NCBI GenBank assembly: GCA_012841375.1
Contig: DUUV01000002.1
Coordinates: 17,828-81,827 of the forward strand
Length of the DNA: 64,000 nt
DNA from: Candidatus Fermentithermobacillaceae bacterium
Lineage (GTDB): Bacteria; Bacillota; Sulfobacillia; Fermentithermobacillales; Fermentithermobacillaceae
Direction of reading: 5' to 3'
Below the pieces are notes generated by a model. It was not told where the DNA came from. It saw only the letters and a list, made by a program, of their open reading frames with translations, and did not search any database. Position numbers and translations under genes: made by a program. Positions 57,594 to 64,000 of the stretch are shown in pieces (the stretch's first letter is position 1; each line of letters begins with the position of its first letter).

Positions 57594-58988
57594 CTACCTC
57601 GTAATCATGTGGATGGGCTTCTCGCTCACTCCGTGCATGGCCTCAAACATGGCCTCGGGAAGAGTCGGATGGGCATGGATCATGCTCGCGACCTCCTTGG
57701 CCGTCATGTCCGCCTGCATGGCAAGGGCGGCTTCGTGGATAAGGTCGTCGGCGTGAGGCCCGAGGATATGGACCCCCAGGATCTTGCCTGTGTCGGCGTC
57801 GCCAATGACCTTGACCAGACCTTCGGTCTCGCCGATGGACAAAGCCCGCCCGTTGGCGCTGAAGGGGAACTTGGAGACCTTGACGTTGTATCCCTTCTCC
57901 TTCGCCTGTGACTCCTTCAAGCCGACCGACGCGCATTCGGGGATGGAAAACACGCAGGCAGGGACAACCCTGTAGTCCATGTGGGACTCGTGCCCGAATA
58001 TGTTCTCCATAGCCACAATACCTTCTACCGATGCGACAGGCGCCAGGAAGGTCTTGCCGACAACATCTCCTATGGCGTAGATGCCCTTGACGTTGGTCTG
58101 CATGGTGTCGTCGGTCTTGATGCCGTACTTGTCATGCTCAACGCCCAGAGCCTTGAGGTCAATGCCTCCGAAGTGAGGCACTCTTCCCATGGCTATGAGG
58201 ATGGTATCGGCGCGGAACTCTTTCCTTTCTCCTTCTTTCGTGTCTGCCACGAGGACCTTTTCGCCGCCCTCTTCGCGCATCTCCTTGATGTAGATGCCCG
58301 AATGGACGTTTATGCCTTTGCGCTTCAGAATCGGCATGAGACGCCTGGAAATCTCCTCATCCACAGGCGGGAGGATGAGGGGCGAACGCTTCACCATATC
58401 GATCTTGGACCCGAAGGCGTTCCAGATGCAGGCAAACTCGACGCCCAACACGCCACCGCCTATGACCAGCATCCTCTCGGGGACGTGGTCAAGCTCCAGA
58501 GCGTCATCTGAGGAAATGGCGTGGGCCAGGCTCTCTTTGGGCACGGGAGGAAGCTGCTGGCTGGAACCGGTGGCAAGAATGATGTTCTTCGTCTCCAGGG
58601 TCTCCTTGGAGCCGTCCTCGTAGGTGACTTCAACCTTGCCCGGAGCAGGGACGTTGGCCCAACCCCGGTACACCGTTATCCCATTGCCTTTGAGAAGCAT
58701 CTCTACGCCGCCCACAAGCCGCTTCACGGTATTGGACTTATGAGCCATGGCACCGGCAAGGTTCAGCTTTACTTCTCCTACCTCGACGCCGTACTTGTGG
58801 GACTCCTTGGCGTTTAGGTAGGTAGTTGCTGCGTGGACAAGTGCTTTTGTCGGAATGCACCCGACGTTAAGGCAGCAGCCTCCTATCTTGTGTCCTTCCA
58901 CCAAGGCGATCTTTCCGCCCAACTGGGCTCCTTTGATGGCGGCCACGTATCCGCCCGGGCCACTGCCTATGACGACTACATCAAACAC
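57594..58988 (-). CDS. lpd: Dihydrolipoyl dehydrogenase (E3 / glycine-cleavage L protein)
   Basis: FAD-binding N-terminus MFDVVVIGSGPGGYVAA. Redox disulfide GGCCLNVGCIPTK. Confidence 0.9.
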   Translation of the reverse strand: MFDVVVIGSGPGGYVAAIKGAQLGGKIALVEGHKIGGCCLNVGCIPTKALVHAATTYLNAKESHKYGVEVGEVKLNLAGAMAHKSNTVKRLVGGVEMLLKGNGITVYRGWANVPAPGKVEVTYEDGSKETLETKNIILATGSSQQLPPVPKESLAHAISSDDALELDHVPERMLVIGGGVLGVEFACIWNAFGSKIDMVKRSPLILPPVDEEISRRLMPILKRKGINVHSGIYIKEMREEGGEKVLVADTKEGERKEFRADTILIAMGRVPHFGGIDLKALGVEHDKYGIKTDDTMQTNVKGIYAIGDVVGKTFLAPVASVEGIVAMENIFGHESHMDYRVVPACVFSIPECASVGLKESQAKEKGYNVKVSKFPFSANGRALSIGETEGLVKVIGDADTGKILGVHILGPHADDLIHEAALAMQADMTAKEVASMIHAHPTLPEAMFEAMHGVSEKPIHMITR

Positions 58989-59012
58989 TGTCTCTCCTCC
59001 TTAGCGCTCTTC

Positions 59013-59855
59013 CTAATGCAACTCCTCGTCCTGCCTGCCCCGTTCCCTGGTCCAGGCGGAACACCCGTATTTCTTCTCGATAAGTCTCAGGGTTTCGTCT
59101 TCTTCCTTCTGCGTTAGGTTACCCGGCTCGAGCCTCCAGCCCAAGGCCGTCCCGAATCCTGCCTTGAGGTGCTCCTCAAGCTCGGTCCTCAGGCAATCAC
59201 GCCCCAAGGCCTCGAAAATCCCAGCTGCCTTCCTCTGTAACATCGCCCGGCTCCGTTCGGCGTGTTCGGGTGAACTCGTCTTCAGACACTTAACGAGTTT
59301 GGCCGCGTCAAATCTGAAGGGGATTGAGCCGTGCTGCAGGATCACTCCGTTCTTCCGGTTCTGGGCAGAGCCGATAAGCTTCTTCCCGTCCCATAGGATC
59401 TCAAACCAAGAAGGGGCAGAGAAGCATGCGGCTTGCCTGAACCTCGGATCTCTGGAAGTGACCCCCCGCTCCAAAGCCGCTATGGCCGCCGGGATACCCA
59501 TGAGGCGAAGTCCCTCGACCAACGCCTGAGAGATTCGCCGGTACGTCTCCAACACCGACCCCGGCAGCATCTTCTCCGGTACTACAACGCTGTAGGTAAT
59601 CTCGTCATCGTGAAGGACCGCCTTGCCGCCTGTCAGCCTTCTCACCAGGTCAACTCCTAGAGACGGCAGCGCCTCCACGTCCACTTCTCTGGATAGGTCC
59701 TGGAAATACCCCAAGGACAGACACGCAGGGTCCCACTGATAAAAACGCAATGTAGGTCCGGTGTCGCCCCGTGCGCAAGACCTTAGGATGGCCTCGTCCA
59801 CGGCCATATTACGACTGCCTTTCGCCGGCCCATGAGAAAGCAGGCGGACCTTCAT
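59013..59855 (-). CDS. lplA: Lipoate/octanoate-protein ligase-family protein (BPL/LPL catalytic domain only; LplA-N / LipM-like)
   Basis: ...RRLTGGKAVLHDDEITYSVVVPE...GKKLIGSAQNRKNGVILQHGSI... BPL/LPL catalytic-domain motifs. 280 aa, no C-terminal accessory domain. Confidence 0.75.
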   Translation of the reverse strand: MKVRLLSHGPAKGSRNMAVDEAILRSCARGDTGPTLRFYQWDPACLSLGYFQDLSREVDVEALPSLGVDLVRRLTGGKAVLHDDEITYSVVVPEKMLPGSVLETYRRISQALVEGLRLMGIPAAIAALERGVTSRDPRFRQAACFSAPSWFEILWDGKKLIGSAQNRKNGVILQHGSIPFRFDAAKLVKCLKTSSPEHAERSRAMLQRKAAGIFEALGRDCLRTELEEHLKAGFGTALGWRLEPGNLTQKEEDETLRLIEKKYGCSAWTRERGRQDEELH

Positions 59856-59883
59856 TCAGTAATTCCCCTCCCTAAGGTGTGGG

Positions 59884-60861
59884 TTAAGCCAGCCCGCTCT
59901 CCTTCCTCGCCTGTTCCGCTTCGTTCGCAGTGAGAACCCTCGGGTAGTTCATCATCACTTGTCCCGGACGCTCGGTGTAATACGGCCTGTTGCAGTACAG
60001 GCATCCTGACGTCTCAAAGGGTTTGCCCGAGAGTATCTCTTCCCTGAGGCCGGGCCGGTCCAGGTCGATACTCACTATCTTCCCGTCGTTCACTTCGATT
60101 TTCCCCGCGTCTCCTCCTCTTTTGAGGAAGTATGCCGCCAACTGCACTCTACGGTAGTGGCCCACATCCGGCGGGGACATCTTTTCCATGGCAGTGCCTC
60201 TCACCGGCGTGAACGCAAATAGACCTACGGTCACTCCGGCCGACTGTGCCCTTACCAAGAACCGGACCGCGTCCTCCTCTGTCTCTCCGAGTCCCACGAT
60301 AAGGTGGGTCGAGATCCGGCCGGGCCACCGCGCGGCGGCCTTTTCCAGCACAGCCCAGGCCCCTTCGAACGACCCGCCTTTGACCTTGGCGTATATCTCG
60401 GCGCTCGCCGCGTCCAACGGCAGCCCCACGTTGGTCGCTCCGGCGGCGAAAAACAGCTCCACTCTGGCGACCGACGCGGGCGTCACTGCGACGCTCAATA
60501 GCACTGAAGGCGACATGGCCCTCACCTGGCGTAGAAAAGCGAGAGCAGGTCCCTGAGAGTTAGGGCATTCCACCGTCTGAACGCAGACCCGCTTCAGGAC
60601 CCTGGCTGAAATGGCCGAGGCAAGAGGCCCTTTGAGCCTGTCCCATGAGAACCTGGGCCAGGTAACCCTGGAAAGGTGGTTGGGAGCGGACTTGCTCCCC
60701 CTGGCCTGGGCACAAAAGGAGCAGTTCCTCAGGCAATCCTCTCCGAACAGGACGTGGGCGGTGGTAGGTTTCTCCATGAGCCTGGCCCGAACAAGGCCCA
60801 AGACTGAAGCCGTGCCCGACGAGACTCCGATGGGGGTGGTTTCCAGGTCAAATCCTGTCAA
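59884..60861 (-). CDS. Radical-SAM protein (CxxxCxxC = CLRNCSFC), candidate LipS-type lipoyl synthase component
   Basis: Radical-SAM core near the N-terminus plus extra Cys pairs (CVQTVEC; C-terminal CLYC). Overlaps the upstream radical-SAM gene by 14 nt. Lies in the gcvP-lplA-lpd-glyA locus. Confidence 0.75.
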   Translation of the reverse strand: MTGFDLETTPIGVSSGTASVLGLVRARLMEKPTTAHVLFGEDCLRNCSFCAQARGSKSAPNHLSRVTWPRFSWDRLKGPLASAISARVLKRVCVQTVECPNSQGPALAFLRQVRAMSPSVLLSVAVTPASVARVELFFAAGATNVGLPLDAASAEIYAKVKGGSFEGAWAVLEKAAARWPGRISTHLIVGLGETEEDAVRFLVRAQSAGVTVGLFAFTPVRGTAMEKMSPPDVGHYRRVQLAAYFLKRGGDAGKIEVNDGKIVSIDLDRPGLREEILSGKPFETSGCLYCNRPYYTERPGQVMMNYPRVLTANEAEQARKESGLA

Positions 60862-61768
60862 ATGAGCAGCACTCTTCCTTCCTGATCACTGTAAGCCCCA
60901 GAGCTTCGGCCTCCCGAAGCGCGTCGGGGTGAGGCAGCACTATCCGGTCGCATCCGGCCCGGACCGCCAGCGGGTCCAAGACCTGCCTGTACTTGCCTCT
61001 GGGCCGCATGCAGCCAAGCGAAATGTCCAGCCGGGGAGCTCGCACCCTTGTCCAGGCCATGAGACGGGCGACTTCTTGTGGCTCCGGGGGGGGGTAGTCC
61101 TGCCATGCCGTGCCCTCCGTAGGGATGAAGACGATAAAGATAATCCGGTCTATCCCCTCTTTGAGGAGGAAATCCACGGCGTCATACTCGCCCTTCAAGG
61201 CGCCCTTATGGAGCCCAACCAAGACATGGGGCACTACCTCGGCCTTTCCTCTCCGTAGGTTCCTCAGGGTCTCCACGTAGTCGCGGCCCGTCCACTTTCC
61301 GTGAAAAGCCTCTCTGATTGTCTCCTCGTCCAGCACGAAATCGAAGGAGATCACCGATGCGGCTTCCGCTATGGCCCGGGCCGCCGGAGGAGCCGCCACT
61401 CCCGGGTGGACATTCACCCTGAACCCTCTTCCCTCAGATTCCAGGCGGCGGGACAACTCGGATACCTCATCCAGTGAGGAAAGGAGCGGGACTGCTCCCG
61501 AAGTGTCACACCCCCCTGAAAGGAGAATGCTCCTGGGCTTCTTTTTCTCGATTGCCTCGGGCAGGTGTCTCACGTCCACCATGTGCTTCAGGTAATGTCC
61601 GCCGCAGTGAGAACACCCCAGAGCGCACGCAGTCCCCGTCACGCTTACTGCCATGGTCTCAACCGGGTACACGGCCCAGAAGACCGGCGGGCGACCTGTT
61701 GCGCGCGCCGCCGTAGCCTCCTCAAGGATTTGGTCCGGGTGGTGACTCCGGTCCCTCTCCAATCTCAC
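60848..61768 (-). CDS. Radical-SAM protein (CxxxCxxC = CALGCSHC), candidate LipS-type lipoyl synthase component
   Basis: Radical-SAM motif at residues ~47-54 and a C-terminal ...EECCSF... The start is likely a GTG/TTG near 61768-61760 (AGGTGG RBS). Confidence 0.75.
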   Translation of the reverse strand: MRLERDRSHHPDQILEEATAARATGRPPVFWAVYPVETMAVSVTGTACALGCSHCGGHYLKHMVDVRHLPEAIEKKKPRSILLSGGCDTSGAVPLLSSLDEVSELSRRLESEGRGFRVNVHPGVAAPPAARAIAEAASVISFDFVLDEETIREAFHGKWTGRDYVETLRNLRRGKAEVVPHVLVGLHKGALKGEYDAVDFLLKEGIDRIIFIVFIPTEGTAWQDYPPPEPQEVARLMAWTRVRAPRLDISLGCMRPRGKYRQVLDPLAVRAGCDRIVLPHPDALREAEALGLTVIRKEECCSFDRI

Positions 61769-61770
61769 AC

Positions 61771-61830
61771 CACCTGTCTCTCTACGCTTCTCTCTCTACC
61801 CGTCTCTCCATCTACGTGTCTCTCTATATG
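61771..61830. repeat. Four imperfect tandem ~13-15-nt GA-rich repeats (GUAGAGAGAN... on the mRNA strand) in the gcvPB / radical-SAM intergenic leader
   Basis: Plus strand reads tctctctacgcttctctctctacccgtctctccatctacgtgtctctctata. Seen directly in the sequence. Confidence 0.5.
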
Positions 61831-61836
61831 AGCGGT

Positions 61837-61865
61837 GTCGGGAGGAGGGCAAACCTCCTCCCGAC
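61837..61865. other. Perfect 12-bp GC-rich hairpin (GTCGGGAGGAGG-gcaaa-CCTCCTCCCGAC) just downstream of the gcvPB stop, with no U-tract
   Basis: Seen directly in the sequence. Candidate RNA processing / stability element or protein-binding site rather than a canonical terminator. Confidence 0.5.
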
Positions 61866-61940
61866 GGTGTTACCGTTATTCCCATAGAACCCCCATCGAG
61901 CCTCGCCGGGGGACGGGCCGACAAGGATCCTACAGGCCGG

Positions 61941-63404
61941 TTACATTCCTTTACGCCACCTGAGCCTCGGATTCTTGGCGGCGCCCGCCTCGTCAAGACG
62001 GCCAACCACCGTGGTGTGAGGCGCCTTGTGGAGCATCTCGGGGTTCGAGTACGCTTCCTTGGCGATGGCGATGAGCGCGTCGGCGAAGTAGTCCAAGGAG
62101 TCCTTGGACTCTGTCTCCGTCGGCTCTACCATGATGGCCTCATCCACGATAAGCGGGAAGTAGTTGGTGGGCGGGTGTACGCCGTAGTCAAGGAGACGCT
62201 TGGAGATGTCCATTGTGTGGCATCCGGTCTCCTTCTTTATCCTCTGGGGCGAGACCACGAACTCGTGCTTGCAGTGCCTATCGTAAGGCAGGTCGTAGTA
62301 CTCGGTTATGCGCCGGAGGAGATAGTTGGCGTTCAGCACCGCGTCCTTGCTGGCCTCCCGGAGTCCGTCGGGGCCCAACGACCTGATATACGCGTATGCC
62401 TTGACCATGACCAGGAAGTTGCCGTAGAAGGACTTCACCCGGCCGATGGTGTTGGGCACATCGTAGTTCAGGAAGTACTTCTCCCCGTCAAACTCAACGA
62501 CCGGTACGGGCAGGAACGGGGCCAAGTCCTTCTTGACGGCGACCGGGCCCGATCCGGGACCGCCGCCGCCGTGAGGCGTCGAGAACGTCTTGTGCAGGTT
62601 GAAGTGCAAGACGTCGAACCCCATGTCGCCCGGACGGGCGATACCCATGATGGCGTTGGCGTTCGCCCCGTCGTAGTACAGGAGTCCTCCCCTCTTATGG
62701 ACGATCTCTTGGATCTTCTCGATGTTCTCATCAAAAAGACCAAGCGTGTTGGGGTTGGTCAGCATGAGCCCCGCCACTGTCTCGTCCATCACCTTATCAA
62801 GAGCCTCGATGTCCACTCCGCCGCGGCTGTTCGAAGGTATCTGGACAGTCTGGAATCCGGCCAGCACACCCGAGGCCGGGTTTGTGCCGTGAGCGGCGTC
62901 GGGGATGAGGATCTTCGTCCTTGCCGAGTCGTTCCTTGACTCGTGATACGCCCGGATGATGTGAATCCCGGTAAGCTCGCCGTGAGCTCCCGCCGCAGGC
63001 TGGAGGCTCACTTTGTCCATACCTGCGATCTCGGCCAGATACTCCTGCAGTTCGTACATCATCTGCAGGGCTCCCTGGACGGTCTCCTCAGGCGCGTACG
63101 GGTGGATGTCGGTGAACCCCGGAAGGTTGGCGACTTCCTCGTTGATCTTGGGATTGTACTTCATGGTGCAAGAGCCCAAGGGATAGAACCCGATGTCGAC
63201 GCCGTGATTGAGCTGGGAGAGCCTCGTGAAGTGCCTGACAAGGTCAACTTCGGCGACTTCCGGAAGCTCGGCCGGGGCCTCTCTGAGCTCGCCTCCGGGC
63301 AGGTACTCGCTCATAGGCTTCTTCTCGACCTCAAGCGCAGGGAGAGAGTATGACTTCCTTCCCGGCTTGGATACTTCGAAGATCAAGGGCTCAAGGCCTC
63401 TCAT
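61941..63404 (-). CDS. gcvPB: Glycine dehydrogenase (decarboxylating) subunit 2
   Basis: ...[16 protein letters not shown]...[13 protein letters not shown]... matches GcvPB. 487 aa. Confidence 0.9.
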   Translation of the reverse strand: MRGLEPLIFEVSKPGRKSYSLPALEVEKKPMSEYLPGGELREAPAELPEVAEVDLVRHFTRLSQLNHGVDIGFYPLGSCTMKYNPKINEEVANLPGFTDIHPYAPEETVQGALQMMYELQEYLAEIAGMDKVSLQPAAGAHGELTGIHIIRAYHESRNDSARTKILIPDAAHGTNPASGVLAGFQTVQIPSNSRGGVDIEALDKVMDETVAGLMLTNPNTLGLFDENIEKIQEIVHKRGGLLYYDGANANAIMGIARPGDMGFDVLHFNLHKTFSTPHGGGGPGSGPVAVKKDLAPFLPVPVVEFDGEKYFLNYDVPNTIGRVKSFYGNFLVMVKAYAYIRSLGPDGLREASKDAVLNANYLLRRITEYYDLPYDRHCKHEFVVSPQRIKKETGCHTMDISKRLLDYGVHPPTNYFPLIVDEAIMVEPTETESKDSLDYFADALIAIAKEAYSNPEMLHKAPHTTVVGRLDEAGAAKNPRLRWRKGM

Positions 63405-64000
63405 GCCAATCCCTCCAATCCGGCAAGAAGGTCATCCATTTCCTTCTTGGTGCGCTTCTCGGTGACGGCGATTAGCAGGTGATCCTTGAGCTCCGGATAC
63501 GCCCTTCCCAGCGGGTATCCGGCCAGGATCTTCTTGGATACCAGTGACTTCACTATCTCCTCAGGGTCTACAGGACACTTCACGGCGAACTCGTTGAAGA
63601 ACGGAGTGTTCCACGCGAGGCTGTAGCCCTTTAGATTGGCAATTGCGTCCGCAAGATAGTGAGCCTTTGCGACGCAGTGCTCGGCCAGCTCCTTGAGACC
63701 TTCCTTGCCCAGCCAGCTCAGGTAGACCGTGGCGGCAAGCGCGTTCAGCGCCTCGTTGGAGCATATGTTGGAGGTCGCCCTATCTCTCCTGATGTGCTGC
63801 TCGCGAGTCTGAAGAGTGAGGACGAAACCCCGCTGCCCGCGGTTGTCGCTGGTCATTCCCACAAGCCTGCCCGGCATGCGCCTCAGGTACTTGTCTCTGA
63901 CGGCAAGGACTCCCAGGTAGGGACCTCCAAAAGCCATGGGGTTCCCGAATACCTGTCCCTCACCGACGACGATCTCTGCGCCGTACTCGGCAGGTGGCCG
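63401..64000 (-). CDS. gcvPA: Glycine dehydrogenase (decarboxylating) subunit 1 (C-terminal part only; the start lies beyond the window end)
   Basis: ...[27 protein letters not shown]...[22 protein letters not shown]... matches GcvPA. The reading frame stays open to position 64000. Confidence 0.85.
   Translation of the reverse strand, partial: RPPAEYGAEIVVGEGQVFGNPMAFGGPYLGVLAVRDKYLRRMPGRLVGMTSDNRGQRGFVLTLQTREQHIRRDRATSNICSNEALNALAATVYLSWLGKEGLKELAEHCVAKAHYLADAIANLKGYSLAWNTPFFNEFAVKCPVDPEEIVKSLVSKKILAGYPLGRAYPELKDHLLIAVTEKRTKKEMDDLLAGLEGLA

Noticed and set aside
61771-61830. CRISPR array suggested by short CT-rich repeats
   Set aside because: The units are ~13-15 nt, imperfect and directly adjacent with no spacers of uniform length. 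There are no cas genes. It is not a CRISPR.

Overview
The window is a high-GC (~60%) chromosomal segment of an endospore-forming Firmicute, probably a thermophilic Clostridia-like anaerobe. About 80 genes lie almost entirely on the minus strand. The gene order closely matches the Bacillus subtilis 2.42-2.55 Mb region.

Gene content in window order:
- a cobalamin riboswitch controlling a BtuF-like binding protein
- pncB-type nicotinate phosphoribosyltransferase, rluB, ridA, spmAB and an alpha/beta-type small acid-soluble spore protein
- a Ku / split-LigD non-homologous end-joining (NHEJ) module
- ytfIJ, scpAB, a site-2 protease and htrA
- spoVAC-AD-AEB, then dacF-spoIIAA-spoIIAB-sigF (with a dodecin gene), xerD, ald and spoIIM
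- a sigma54/BkdR-like-controlled branched-chain amino-acid fermentation locus: two leucine dehydrogenases, ptb, buk, a buk-like paralog plus a P-loop protein, and a four-subunit 2-oxoacid:ferredoxin oxidoreductase
- spo0A with a Spo0E-like gene, spoIVB, recN, argR, nadK and dxs
- an OLE-RNA-like gene with its OapA-like membrane protein between ispA and dxs
- xseAB, nfnAB-like, nusB, asp23/amaP, spoIIIAA-AH, efp, pepP, glyA, lpd and a lipoate-ligase-family gene
- two adjacent radical-SAM genes, then gcvPB and gcvPA

The most interesting candidate is the radical-SAM pair sitting inside a glycine-cleavage / lipoylation locus that has no lipA. This may be a LipS1/LipS2-type two-component lipoyl synthase. 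Other points of interest are the OLE/OapA locus, the extra ASKHA + P-loop pair in the branched-chain locus, a Spo0E-like gene overlapping spoIVB, and several repeat and hairpin elements. No CRISPR array, rRNA, tRNA or obvious mobile element was seen.
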